DNA of 30,963 nt, from IMG/VR virus record IMGVR_UViG_2548876954_000010, positions 1 to 30,963 of that record. One strand, 5' to 3'. Under the pieces are notes generated by a model that saw only the letters and a list, made by a program, of their open reading frames with translations, did not search any database and was not told the origin of the DNA. This stretch comes from a virus. Lineage: Duplodnaviria; Heunggongvirae; Uroviricota; Caudoviricetes. The translations under genes and the position numbers were made by a program. This document shows, one piece after another, positions 7,664 through 16,146 of this stretch (its first letter is position 1; every line of letters begins with the position of its first letter).

Positions 7664-7718
7664 GCGCTGAAACTCGCTTTCAGTGCTGACGGGGTTGAAC
7701 AACGAGCCACGCGAGGCG
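7664..7718. repeat. Copy B of the composite hairpin-plus-box motif
   Basis: Hairpin GCGCTGAAA-ctcgc-TTTCAGTGC, then tGACGGGGTTGAACAACGAGCCACGCGAGGC. The stem differs from copy A at paired positions (AA/TT in A versus TG/CA in B), so base-pairing is preserved. Confidence 0.5.
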
Positions 7719-8150
7719 TTAGTTGGTTACCTGATTGACACCGAGCGAAAGCAGGTTTGTCACCGCACCGGCAATAACTCCGGGTGTCCCGTCTTTCACC
7801 GCACTGATAATCTTATCGCCCAGCGTTTCATTACCGCCGAGTGCCTCGGGCTTTTTGTTGAGCACGGCGAGTGCTTTCTCGGTCAGGCGCACATCCCGAA
7901 AATAAGTCTGATTGTCTGTTTCATACTGGATGTAGCCGTTTTCACTGAGAAAAGTGAATGTACCCTCAACCACACTACGCAACTGATTCAGTGCTTTCAT
8001 TTCCGGTGAGTTAAGTTGGTCAAAGTAGTCATCAGGTAGCGCGGCGTTAAATTTTTCGTAGGTGATGACCTGCGGCACCGGGAAGTTATCCCATAACACC
8101 GCAAAAATTTCCGCCGTCTGCTGATTAAATAATTCGAGGTTTTTGGACAT
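7719..8150 (-). CDS. Hypothetical 143-aa protein (orphan gene in the A-to-cos accessory region)
   Basis: Minus-strand ORF with AAGGGA RBS upstream of ATG (8148-8150). Ends immediately beside motif copy B. No motif I can assign. Confidence 0.55.
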   Translation of the reverse strand: MSKNLELFNQQTAEIFAVLWDNFPVPQVITYEKFNAALPDDYFDQLNSPEMKALNQLRSVVEGTFTFLSENGYIQYETDNQTYFRDVRLTEKALAVLNKKPEALGGNETLGDKIISAVKDGTPGVIAGAVTNLLSLGVNQVTN

Positions 8151-8340
8151 GCATAATTCCCTTTCATCGATAGACCCGTTTGCCGATTGGGCAAAAAAGC
8201 TGACCGTAATGGCTTCAAATAACGACCTGAGTTCTCGTGAGGTGGAAAGCTACACCGAAAAAATGGTCGAGCAAGCCAGTAAAGATGAGCTTACGGTCGT
8301 TATCAAACACCTGTTAAACCACATCAGAATGCACAAATAA
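8143..8340 (+). CDS. Hypothetical small protein (65 aa); weak call
   Basis: ORF whose start overlaps head-to-head with the start of the 143-aa minus-strand gene. RBS is poor at 8143. A terminator follows at 8481-8505. May be spurious or start internally. Confidence 0.3.
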   Translation: MDMHNSLSSIDPFADWAKKLTVMASNNDLSSREVESYTEKMVEQASKDELTVVIKHLLNHIRMHK

Positions 8341-8480
8341 AATGATCTATATCAATATGTTATCTCTCGTTTATGAAAATCGGTGGACGACGATTTTTCT
8401 GCTGATTTTTGACAGCATGTGCCTCAATAGTGTTATTGGCGCATTACGCGGCCAGTAATCGCGCCAAAACCAGCCCCAAA

Positions 8481-8505
8481 CCGGCACCGTGAATGCCGGT
8501 TTTTT
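8481..8505 (+). terminator. Rho-independent terminator
   Basis: Stem CCGGCA (8481-8486) / TGCCGG (8494-8499) with a 7-nt loop, followed by TTTTTT (8500-8505). Confidence 0.55.
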
Positions 8506-8662
8506 ATGCCATTTTTCCGCGATTTCCCCGTTTTAGCCGTGCATGCAACAGGTGCATGGTTTTGCATTCGCAGGGGTTGCCCGTTCTGACCGTGCGCCGC
8601 CAGAGCTGGCGCGGATCCCGAGAGTTCATGCAACTGCATTAAAACCGCCCCGTAAAGCGGGC

Positions 8663-8681
8663 AGGCGTGGCGGGGAAAGTA
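8663..8681. other. cos: cos site (cohesive-end sequence) of the P2/186 family
   Basis: ggcgtggcggggaaagtat followed by tgcgcgctg matches my recollection of the P2 left end (GGCGAGGCGGGGAAAGCAC TGCGCGCTG...) and the 186 cos. It sits in a GC-rich hairpin-dense ~250-bp segment between the A-side accessory genes and the portal gene, where the permuted prophage map puts cos. Confidence 0.6.
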
Positions 8682-8796
8682 TTGCGCGCTGGATCATAAA
8701 CGATTGCTTACTTTGAAGAAAATAGTGTGCTTATGAACTGCAAACTTTATACAATCAGAATTTGCCGAATCTCTTTTTTGATGAATAAGGGTTTTT

Positions 8797-9624
8797 ATGA
8801 CTGGTGTTGTGAATTACGATGTGGTTATCAGGAGTGGTGATCAGCCCGTTGATATGGATTATGCGCTGGAAACGTTAGGCGGAGCATCGGAAGTTACCTG
8901 TTTACTAGCAGAAGCAATCCTACAAAAAAAAGTCGTTAAAAGAAGAAGTCCTGCTAATAAAGCGCGAGCAGTTTTACATCAGAGCTTCCCGAGTTCTTAT
9001 GGACAAAACTTTGCGTTAGCTATAGATGACCCAATATTAAAAGCTCGTTTAGTTGAAATAACCAACCCTGTACTTGCGGAAATTATGGGATTTTACATAT
9101 CTGAAGCTATGTATATACAACCTCCGGCTTTATCAGCACGAGCCAGACATTATATTGAAGAGCTTGAATATCTTGAAGATGAAATTATAAGCCGTATTCG
9201 GAATCCTTTAATACGCATGCACAAAATTAATTACCGTCGCAACTGGGATATTGATTTCAATTTTAAACCTGATGGTAGACAAAGAAAAATAGTGACTTTA
9301 AATACTAGGACTGCAGCAAATCTAACTCACACAACGGTTGAAAGGGAAAGATTTAATATAATTGCAATGGTTACAAGATTCAACTCTCGTACAGGTAATG
9401 GCCGTTTAGTGCTACAAGATGAGGACGAGACTGTTGCTTTTGGTTTTGCCAACCAATTAGGAATGGTTCCGTCCGCACAGAAAAGAATGATTTCTTTGAA
9501 TCTACATAATAATAATGGAAGATCCGATAATTACATATATCTTAGTATGACTGTCAGTAGGGTTGTAATTATGAGCGGTGAGACTGTAAAATATGCAGTA
9601 CACTCTGTGCGTGTATTGGAATAA
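8797..9624 (+). CDS. Hypothetical soluble 275-aa protein, first gene of an AT-rich two-gene cargo cassette
   Basis: ORF with AAGGG RBS. Markedly AT-rich compared with the flanking phage backbone. No TM segment or catalytic motif I can recognise. Its stop (9622-9624) is 2 nt from the next start. Confidence 0.7.
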   Translation: MTGVVNYDVVIRSGDQPVDMDYALETLGGASEVTCLLAEAILQKKVVKRRSPANKARAVLHQSFPSSYGQNFALAIDDPILKARLVEITNPVLAEIMGFYISEAMYIQPPALSARARHYIEELEYLEDEIISRIRNPLIRMHKINYRRNWDIDFNFKPDGRQRKIVTLNTRTAANLTHTTVERERFNIIAMVTRFNSRTGNGRLVLQDEDETVAFGFANQLGMVPSAQKRMISLNLHNNNGRSDNYIYLSMTVSRVVIMSGETVKYAVHSVRVLE

Positions 9625-9626
9625 GT

Positions 9627-10376
9627 ATGAATAGAATTAAGTGCATATGTGGGTTGATACTAGCTGCTGCTTGGGCAGCGTACTATCTTCATTTTGGCAT
9701 AGACGGAAGCCTCTCCCAAAAAACTGAAGTTTGGGGACAGTTTGGCGACTACGTAGGTGGGGTGGTCAACCCCATTTTAAGTTTTATAACCATATATCTA
9801 CTTATTAACTCAATAGGGTTACAGCGCGAATCTAATGAAAGCTTAACCAATGAAATAAAAAGACAAGAGAAGCTAGAGGAATATAAAAAATTTGAGCTAC
9901 GATTCTTTCGCTTGATTGAATCGCAGGAGGAAAACTTCAGTCGTTTTAAAATATGTATATCACAACAGGATGATGATGAGCAAAATGTTGATGAACAGTT
10001 AGAAAAAACAGATGAAATATTGAGTGGTGGAGCAGCAGTAACATTCATTGAAGATTGTTTGTTACCCCTCAAAGAGGCTGGAGTTAGCAAGGAGCGTGTA
10101 TTCCATTGGTTAGATAGTTTGGATGATGATGGATCATTTTTTTCATTAGTAAGACGTTTCTATCTCATTCTCAAATTAGTCGATGCCAATACACTTACAA
10201 AAAGCGAGAGAGATGAAATGTATGAAACGTTGATTAATCTTACTGATATTAAAGTAATTAGCATCATTGCAATCTTGAGTTTGCATTATGATTGGTACGC
10301 AATCAAATACATTAAGGCAACAAAAATTCTTGACAAGGAAGGAGTTAGGGAATTCGTTGAAATGTATAAAATTTAA
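9627..10376 (+). CDS. Hypothetical membrane protein (two N-terminal TM helices plus acidic cytoplasmic domain), second gene of the cassette
   Basis: N-terminus has two hydrophobic helices (ICGLILAAAWAAYYLHF and VGGVVNPILSFITIYLLINSIGL). The rest is charged and Asp/Glu-rich. AT-rich, closely spaced after the upstream gene, followed by a terminator. Confidence 0.7.
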   Translation: MNRIKCICGLILAAAWAAYYLHFGIDGSLSQKTEVWGQFGDYVGGVVNPILSFITIYLLINSIGLQRESNESLTNEIKRQEKLEEYKKFELRFFRLIESQEENFSRFKICISQQDDDEQNVDEQLEKTDEILSGGAAVTFIEDCLLPLKEAGVSKERVFHWLDSLDDDGSFFSLVRRFYLILKLVDANTLTKSERDEMYETLINLTDIKVISIIAILSLHYDWYAIKYIKATKILDKEGVREFVEMYKI

Positions 10377-10411
10377 TTGTGAAAATTTACAGTCAATTCA
10401 TGGCGATCGGT

Positions 10412-10437
10412 TGAAGCCGCTAACAAGCGGCTTTTCT
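10412..10437 (+). terminator. Rho-independent terminator closing the two-gene cassette
   Basis: Stem AAGCCGC (10413-10419) / GCGGCTT (10426-10432), then a T-rich tract. Sits between the cassette and the convergent portal gene. Confidence 0.55.
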
Positions 10438-10447
10438 ATATCGATAT

Positions 10448-11458
10448 TTATCCGATTGTGTAATCTTTAAAGCTTATTACCTTCACCCCCAGCCAGTCAT
10501 TAATTTCTTTGAATCGCTCCTGCAACGGTGTTAACTCGTTGCGAACAAACACCTTTGCTACCCTCTCAACATCCCCGAGCGATGCGATGTTTTCAGGCTT
10601 GCCCCCCATCAACTGGAACGGCACGCGGTGCGCATCGAGCAGGTCAGCGGCGCTCACCTTTTTAATATTGAAAAAGTCATCTTTCGTGGCAACCTCACTC
10701 AGCGGCACAATCTTGATACCATCCGGTTTCCCGTTCGGTGCGTAGAAAAACAGGTTTTTAAAATTCCCGAGTCCCTTTGAATCACGCATCGCAGAACGCA
10801 GTGACTCGACGTCGGTGCTGCTTTGGGCAGCGTCGGTGACGTACATGATGTAACCCGCGTGCGCGCCATTCTGGTAATACTTGCGACGAAACAGGGTGGC
10901 GGATTCATTCAGCCAGGCGGAATTGAGTGCGCTCAGATATTCAGGCATACCGTAAAGCTCCTGATTAATGTCAGGCTCCAGCAGATGAAACACCGAGCCG
11001 GGTGCGAACTGATGTGGGTTGTTAAAGCTCGACACGTACCAGTAAACACCATCCTCAACGCCACGACGGGTATATTTAGCTGGCGATGTTTCCAGTTTTA
11101 AAAGGTGACCGGTAACACTCATGCGCTTCTCAAGATAACCGTTCGCAAAGACCAGATAATCCAGCACGAGGCGGCTGAAATCCTGACGCGACAGCAGCGG
11201 GTGCGGGATGTAGGTGCTCGCCAGAATGTTACGTTTCACGTAAATCGGCGAGCTGTGATGAACGGCGGCGCGCAGGCTTTTTGCCAGACCAGAGAAGTTG
11301 ACCGGCGGCTCGTACCACTTACCGTTATTGATGCACTCGACATAATCGAGGATATCGCGACGATCCAGAACGGCAGAGGGCTCGCCAAAGGTGAACGCCT
11401 CCATTTTTTGCGGTGCGCTAACGGTCGTTGTGGTGGGTATCTTCAGTTGCTTTTTCAT
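10448..11458 (-). CDS. Q: Portal protein (P2 gpQ family)
   Basis: 336-aa minus-strand ORF directly downstream of the terminase ATPase gene. N-terminal region (FTFGEPSAVLDRRDILDYVECINNGKWYEP) matches P2 Q as I recall it. Leftward Q-P pair next to cos as in P2. Confidence 0.9.
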   Translation of the reverse strand: MKKQLKIPTTTTVSAPQKMEAFTFGEPSAVLDRRDILDYVECINNGKWYEPPVNFSGLAKSLRAAVHHSSPIYVKRNILASTYIPHPLLSRQDFSRLVLDYLVFANGYLEKRMSVTGHLLKLETSPAKYTRRGVEDGVYWYVSSFNNPHQFAPGSVFHLLEPDINQELYGMPEYLSALNSAWLNESATLFRRKYYQNGAHAGYIMYVTDAAQSSTDVESLRSAMRDSKGLGNFKNLFFYAPNGKPDGIKIVPLSEVATKDDFFNIKKVSAADLLDAHRVPFQLMGGKPENIASLGDVERVAKVFVRNELTPLQERFKEINDWLGVKVISFKDYTIG

Positions 11459-11459
11459 G

Positions 11460-13229
11460 TCAGTTAATATCCAGAATTGTCGTTGAATGCATGCCGCTAC
11501 CGGCGGAAAGAGGTTCGTTTAACAGGGCGTGCATGGTCGCCCATGCGATATCGGCGTGACTGGCTTCCTCGGTACGGCTGGCCTCGTAGGTGGCGCTGCG
11601 CCCGCTGCTGGTCATGGTTTTGCGAATCGACATAAACGACTGCGTGACGTCGGTTGCTCCGGCGTCGTACTCCAGACAGCCACGGCGAATGGTGTCTTTC
11701 GCCTTGAGTACCATTGCAGTTTTCATTTCAGGTGTGTAACGGATGCCGCGTGCCGCCGGGTAAAATGAGCGCACCAGCTGGAACACGCCGAGACCGAGGC
11801 CGGTTGCGTCAATGCCGATGTATTCGACGTTGTATTTCTCGGTCAGCTTGCGGATGCCCTCTGCCTGTGCTGCAAAATCCATGCCCTTCCACTGGTGGCG
11901 CTCCAGCATGCGGAACTTGCCACCAGAGACCACCGGCGGCGCGAGCACGACGCACCCGGCACTGTCGCCGGTGTGTGACGGGTCGTAGCCAATCCAGACA
12001 GGACGAGAGCCGAACGGATGGTCGGCGAACGGGGCAAAGTCCTCCCATTCCTCCATCACATCGACCATGCAGCGCTGCAGCTCCTCGAACGGGAATACCG
12101 ACGCTTTATCGTCGACAAACTCGCACATAAACAGGTTCTTAAAGTCCTCATCACTGTTTTCGCGTTTGAGCTGGTCGAGGTCGAACAGGGTGCAGCCACC
12201 CGCAAGGGCGTCCTCAATGGTGACAATCTGCCGCCACTGGCCATCGTCGCAGAGCTGGCCACCGGCGAGCGCGCTGTGACTGATGTCGATTTCGATGCGG
12301 TCGGCAATCCGGCTGCGCCCCTTGTTGAACAGCTCGCCAGACCAGAAGGGGTAAGCGCCGTGCGCCAGCGTGGAAGGTGTCGAAAAATAGGTCGAGCGCA
12401 GGTGCTTTTGCGAGGCCATGCCCGAGGCGACTTTGCGCAGTTTCTGAAAATTCGGGATCCAGAATATTTCATCGACATACAGATCGCCGTTATGGCTCTG
12501 CGCGGTGTTGGAATTGGTACCGAGAAAAATCAGTTTTGCGCCGTTGTTACCGATGACAATCGGGTCGCCAGTCAGGTCAACGTCGACCAGTCGCGCAAAC
12601 TGGATGATGTATTCGCGGAACACGTAAGCCTGCGTTTTACTGGCTGATAAAAATATCTGGTTATGGCCGGTTTTGAGTGCGCGCAGCAGTGCCTCGCGGG
12701 AGAAATAGAATGTCGCGCCAATCTGGCGGGATTTGAGAATGTCACGAATACGGTGCTCCAGTCCTGCGCGGTACCACTGCAACTGGTACTCGAAAGACTG
12801 GTCGAAAAATAATTCCTCTAGTTTATCGATAGCCTCGTCGCTGAAAAAATTCTTTTTCGGCTTTTTGCGCTCCCCTTTGTTGCGGTTGGCGACGTTGGGG
12901 TTAAGGTCGGCTTCGTTGCCGGTCTGGCTGTAGCGGTTGACTCGCGCCAACCGTTCAATCTGCCGTCCGAGCAGGTCAATCTCTTTGAAATCACCCCCTG
13001 TCTTTTGCGGCTTGGCGATGAGCTGAATCAGCCTGGCCTCAAGGCTGCTTTCAACGCGGGAAATCGGCGCGATGCCGTCCCAGCCGTCGCGCTGCTTCCA
13101 GCTCTGCACGGTCGGGCGCTTGACCTGCAGCATTTCGGCAATCTGTGGCACGGAAAACCCCTGCCAGTAAAGCAGCGATGCCTGGCGTCGCGGGTCATGC
13201 AACAAGGTTGTATCGGTGGAAATGGTCAT
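11460..13229 (-). CDS. P: Terminase large (ATPase) subunit (P2 gpP family)
   Basis: 589-aa minus-strand ORF. Size, position and divergent arrangement against the scaffold/capsid operon match P2 gpP. Confidence 0.9.
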   Translation of the reverse strand: MTISTDTTLLHDPRRQASLLYWQGFSVPQIAEMLQVKRPTVQSWKQRDGWDGIAPISRVESSLEARLIQLIAKPQKTGGDFKEIDLLGRQIERLARVNRYSQTGNEADLNPNVANRNKGERKKPKKNFFSDEAIDKLEELFFDQSFEYQLQWYRAGLEHRIRDILKSRQIGATFYFSREALLRALKTGHNQIFLSASKTQAYVFREYIIQFARLVDVDLTGDPIVIGNNGAKLIFLGTNSNTAQSHNGDLYVDEIFWIPNFQKLRKVASGMASQKHLRSTYFSTPSTLAHGAYPFWSGELFNKGRSRIADRIEIDISHSALAGGQLCDDGQWRQIVTIEDALAGGCTLFDLDQLKRENSDEDFKNLFMCEFVDDKASVFPFEELQRCMVDVMEEWEDFAPFADHPFGSRPVWIGYDPSHTGDSAGCVVLAPPVVSGGKFRMLERHQWKGMDFAAQAEGIRKLTEKYNVEYIGIDATGLGLGVFQLVRSFYPAARGIRYTPEMKTAMVLKAKDTIRRGCLEYDAGATDVTQSFMSIRKTMTSSGRSATYEASRTEEASHADIAWATMHALLNEPLSAGSGMHSTTILDIN

Positions 13230-13394
13230 TGATACCTCGCCGTAGTGGATTCAGGGCAAGGCTACTTAATGGCCGTCAGTGATTCGCTAAGGTGCTGTTG
13301 TGTGGGAGATTACCCAGCCGTCGTTAGTGGTCTCGTGTGCCTGGAGTCTGGAAACTGGCGTTGACCAGTAACCCCAACCTCAGGACTCCTGACA
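13230..13394. promoter_or_regulatory. Divergent late-promoter region between P (leftward) and O (rightward)
   Basis: 165-bp intergenic spacer between divergently transcribed head operons. In P2-like phages this holds Ogr-dependent late promoters. I could not find a clean TGT-N12-ACA element by eye, so this is positional only. Confidence 0.3.
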
Positions 13395-14249
13395 ATGGCA
13401 AAAAAAGTCTCAAAATTCTTTCGCATCGGCGTCGAGGGTGACACCTGCGATGGCCGCATTATCAGCGGTAACGATATTCAGGAAATGGCAGAATCGTTTG
13501 ACCCTCGTGTCTACGGTTGCCGCATTAACCTTGAGCATATTCGCGGCCTCTTTCCCGATGGCGATTTCAAACGCTTAGGCGATGTGGTCGAGCTGAAAGC
13601 CGAGAAGATTGACGACGATTCTGCGCTTAACGGCAAATGGGCGTTGTTCGCTAAAATCACCCCGACCGAGGACCTTATTGCGATGAATAAAGCTGCGCAG
13701 AAGGTCTACACCTCAATGGAAATCCAGCCGAATTTTGCCAATACCGGCAAATGCTACCTCGTTGGTCTGGCCGTCACAGATGACCCGGCGAGCCTCGGCA
13801 CTGAATACCTCGAATTCTGCCGCAACGCGAAGCACAACCCTTTGCAGCGCTTTAAGGCCAACCCTGAAAACGTCTTTTCCGCTGCCACGCTGGCAGAACT
13901 GGAGTTTGAAGACGTTCCCGACACGGTGCTCAACAGCCTGGCCGATAAGGTGAAAGCCATTTTCAGCCGTAAGCAGGTCAGCGACGATGCGCGCCTGAAT
14001 GATGTGCATGAAGCGGTGACCACCGTCAGCGAGCATGTGCAGACCAATCTGACCGTGCAGGATAAACGCCTTTCCGATATGGAAACCGCGTTTGCCACTT
14101 TCAAACAGGAACTGACCGGCAAGGTTGAAGAAACCAGCCAGGCATTTTCCGCACTGAAAACCACCCTCGACAAAACCGAAAGTTTCAGCCAGCCGCGACG
14201 CACAAAAGCCAGCGGCGGTGGCGGTGATGAGCTGCTGACCGACTGCTGA
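13395..14249 (+). CDS. O: Capsid scaffolding protein (P2 gpO family)
   Basis: 284-aa ORF, first gene of the rightward head operon, N-terminus MAKKVSKFFRIGVEGDTCDGRIISGNDIQEMAESFDPRVYGCRINLEH. Confidence 0.9.
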   Translation: MAKKVSKFFRIGVEGDTCDGRIISGNDIQEMAESFDPRVYGCRINLEHIRGLFPDGDFKRLGDVVELKAEKIDDDSALNGKWALFAKITPTEDLIAMNKAAQKVYTSMEIQPNFANTGKCYLVGLAVTDDPASLGTEYLEFCRNAKHNPLQRFKANPENVFSAATLAELEFEDVPDTVLNSLADKVKAIFSRKQVSDDARLNDVHEAVTTVSEHVQTNLTVQDKRLSDMETAFATFKQELTGKVEETSQAFSALKTTLDKTESFSQPRRTKASGGGGDELLTDC

Positions 14250-14324
14250 TAAACCGCAGACCGAAACCGGGCGGTAACCCCGCCCGATGCTGTGACTAAC
14301 CGATTAATTCAAACAGGAAATACT

Positions 14325-15392
14325 ATGCGCCCGGAAACCCGTTTTAAGTTCAATGCCTATCTGACCCGCGTCGCTGAGCTGAACGGCATCAACACTGATG
14401 ACGTCAGTAAAAAGTTCACCGTCGAGCCGTCCGTCACGCAAACGCTGATGAACAAAGTGCAGGAGTCATCCGCGTTTCTGCAGACGATTAATATTCTGCC
14501 GGTCACAGAAATGAAGGGGGAGAAAATCGGCGTCGGTGTGACCGGTACTATCGCCAGCACGACCGACACCTCGGGTGATGATGAGCGTAAAACCGCAGAC
14601 TTCACCGCGCTTGAGTCCAACAAGTACGAGTGCGACCAGATTAACTTTGATTTCCATCTGAAATACAAAACCCTCGACCTGTGGGCGCGTTTTCAGGACT
14701 TTCAGCGCCGCATCCGTGACGCCATTGTTAAGCGTCAGGCGCTCGATTTCATCATGGCCGGTTTTAACGGTACCACCCGCGCCGCCACCTCTGACCGCGC
14801 CAAAAATCCGATGCTGCAGGATGTAGCCGTCGGCTGGCTGCAGAAATACCGCAACGAAGCCCCGACGCGTGTGATGAGCAATATCACCGATGCTGACGGT
14901 AAGGTCGTTTCGGCAGTGATTCGCGTCGGTAAAAACGGCGACTATGAGAACCTCGACGCGCTGGTAATGGATGCTACCAACAACCTGATTGACGAGGTTT
15001 ATCAGGATGACCCGAAACTCGTTGCCATCGTTGGCCGTAAGCTGCTGGCCGACAAATATTTCCCGCTGGTGAACAAGCCGCAAGAAAACAGCGAAGCGCT
15101 CGCGGCAGATATCATCATCAGCCAGAAGCGAATCGGCAACCTGCCTGCTGTGCGTGTGCCGTACTTCCCGGCGAATGCCGTGTTAGTGACAACGCTGGAA
15201 AACCTCTCTATCTATTTCATGGATGAGAGCCACCGCCGCAGCATTGATGAAAACCCGAAAAAAGACCGCGTGGAAAACTACGAGTCAATGAATATCGACT
15301 ATGTGGTCGAGGCGTATGCCGCCGGGTGTCTGCTGGAAAACATCACCCTGGGCGATTTCACCGCACCTGCAGCACCGGAAAGCGGAGAGTAA
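14325..15392 (+). CDS. N: Major capsid protein (P2 gpN family)
   Basis: Start at MRPETRFKFNAYLTRVAELNGI (ATG 14325, AGGAAA RBS). Translation aligns closely along its length with my recollection of P2 gpN. Confidence 0.9.
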   Translation: MRPETRFKFNAYLTRVAELNGINTDDVSKKFTVEPSVTQTLMNKVQESSAFLQTINILPVTEMKGEKIGVGVTGTIASTTDTSGDDERKTADFTALESNKYECDQINFDFHLKYKTLDLWARFQDFQRRIRDAIVKRQALDFIMAGFNGTTRAATSDRAKNPMLQDVAVGWLQKYRNEAPTRVMSNITDADGKVVSAVIRVGKNGDYENLDALVMDATNNLIDEVYQDDPKLVAIVGRKLLADKYFPLVNKPQENSEALAADIIISQKRIGNLPAVRVPYFPANAVLVTTLENLSIYFMDESHRRSIDENPKKDRVENYESMNIDYVVEAYAAGCLLENITLGDFTAPAAPESGE

Positions 15393-15396
15393 GCCC

Positions 15397-16146
15397 ATGA
15401 CGAGCCCCGCACAGCGTCACATGATGCGGGTCTCGGCCTCTCAAGCCGCGCAGCGGGAACAAGCCCCGCTGCGCCATGCAACCGCCTACGAGCAGATGCT
15501 GGTAAAGCTGGCCGATGACCGCCGCACGTTGAAAACCATCCGTTCAAACGAACTGAAAGCCGCGAAAAAGCGTGAGCTGCTGCCGTTCTATGCGCCGTGG
15601 GTCGCCGGTGTGCTGGCTGATGGGCGTGGTGCGCAGGATGACATTCTGATGACCGTCATGCTGTGGCGTCTCGATGCCGGTGATATCGCTGGCGCGCTGG
15701 AAATTGCGCCCTACGCGCTGAAGTACGGCCTCACCTCTGACTATCGCCGCACGACACCTTACATGCTGATTGAGGAGGTGGCGCTTGCCGCGCTGCGCCT
15801 GCGCGATGCCGGTGAGCCTGTCGACCTCGCATTACTGCTGACCACCCTTAGCCTGACCGACGGCGCTGACGTTCCCGATATGGTGCGCGCTCGACTGCAT
15901 AAGGTGACCGGTCTAACCCTGCGCGATGCCGGTCAGAGCGCCGAAGCGCTGGCACAGTTTCAGCGCGCGATGCAGCTCGACCGCAATGCCGGTGTGCGCA
16001 AAGAGATTGAGCGGCTGGAGCGCGCATCGAAGCCAAAGCCAGAGGCAGCATCCCGTAAAACGACTAAACCGCGCACGCGCAAACCTGCCAACAAACCGGC
16101 GGCAAAGCGCGGGCGTCCACCAAAGGCGGTAAAAACCGCCGGTTAA
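15397..16146 (+). CDS. M: Terminase small / endonuclease subunit (P2 gpM family)
   Basis: Start at MTSPAQRHMMRV (ATG 15397-15399, GGAGAG RBS), just after the N stop; 249 aa with a basic C-terminus. The ORF-track start at 15301 lies inside N and is rejected. Confidence 0.85.
   Translation: MTSPAQRHMMRVSASQAAQREQAPLRHATAYEQMLVKLADDRRTLKTIRSNELKAAKKRELLPFYAPWVAGVLADGRGAQDDILMTVMLWRLDAGDIAGALEIAPYALKYGLTSDYRRTTPYMLIEEVALAALRLRDAGEPVDLALLLTTLSLTDGADVPDMVRARLHKVTGLTLRDAGQSAEALAQFQRAMQLDRNAGVRKEIERLERASKPKPEAASRKTTKPRTRKPANKPAAKRGRPPKAVKTAG

Noticed and set aside
8430-8681. GC-rich, hairpin-dense ~250-bp non-coding segment that at first looked like a structured ncRNA (for example a retron msr/msd)
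   Set aside because: It ends in the 19-nt cos sequence with the adjacent TGCGCGCTG, matching the P2/186 packaging site as I recall it, and no reverse-transcriptase gene is present nearby. Packaging-site structure is the simpler explanation.
11529-13232. Multiple plus-strand ORFs (79-209 aa) inside the terminase gene
   Set aside because: All lie antisense within the well-supported minus-strand terminase ATPase gene. Their translations are Arg/Ala/Gly-rich low-complexity, typical of GC-rich antisense frames.
13230-13394. Search for the P2 late-promoter dyad (TGT-N12-ACA) in the P/O divergent region and upstream of FI
   Set aside because: I could not find an unambiguous match by eye. The region is kept only as a positional regulatory call at low confidence.
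15301-15396. ORF-track start of the M gene at 15301, overlapping the capsid gene by 92 nt
   Set aside because: The extension has no RBS and lies inside N. ATG at 15397 sits just after the N stop with a GGAGAG RBS and gives a protein of the expected size.
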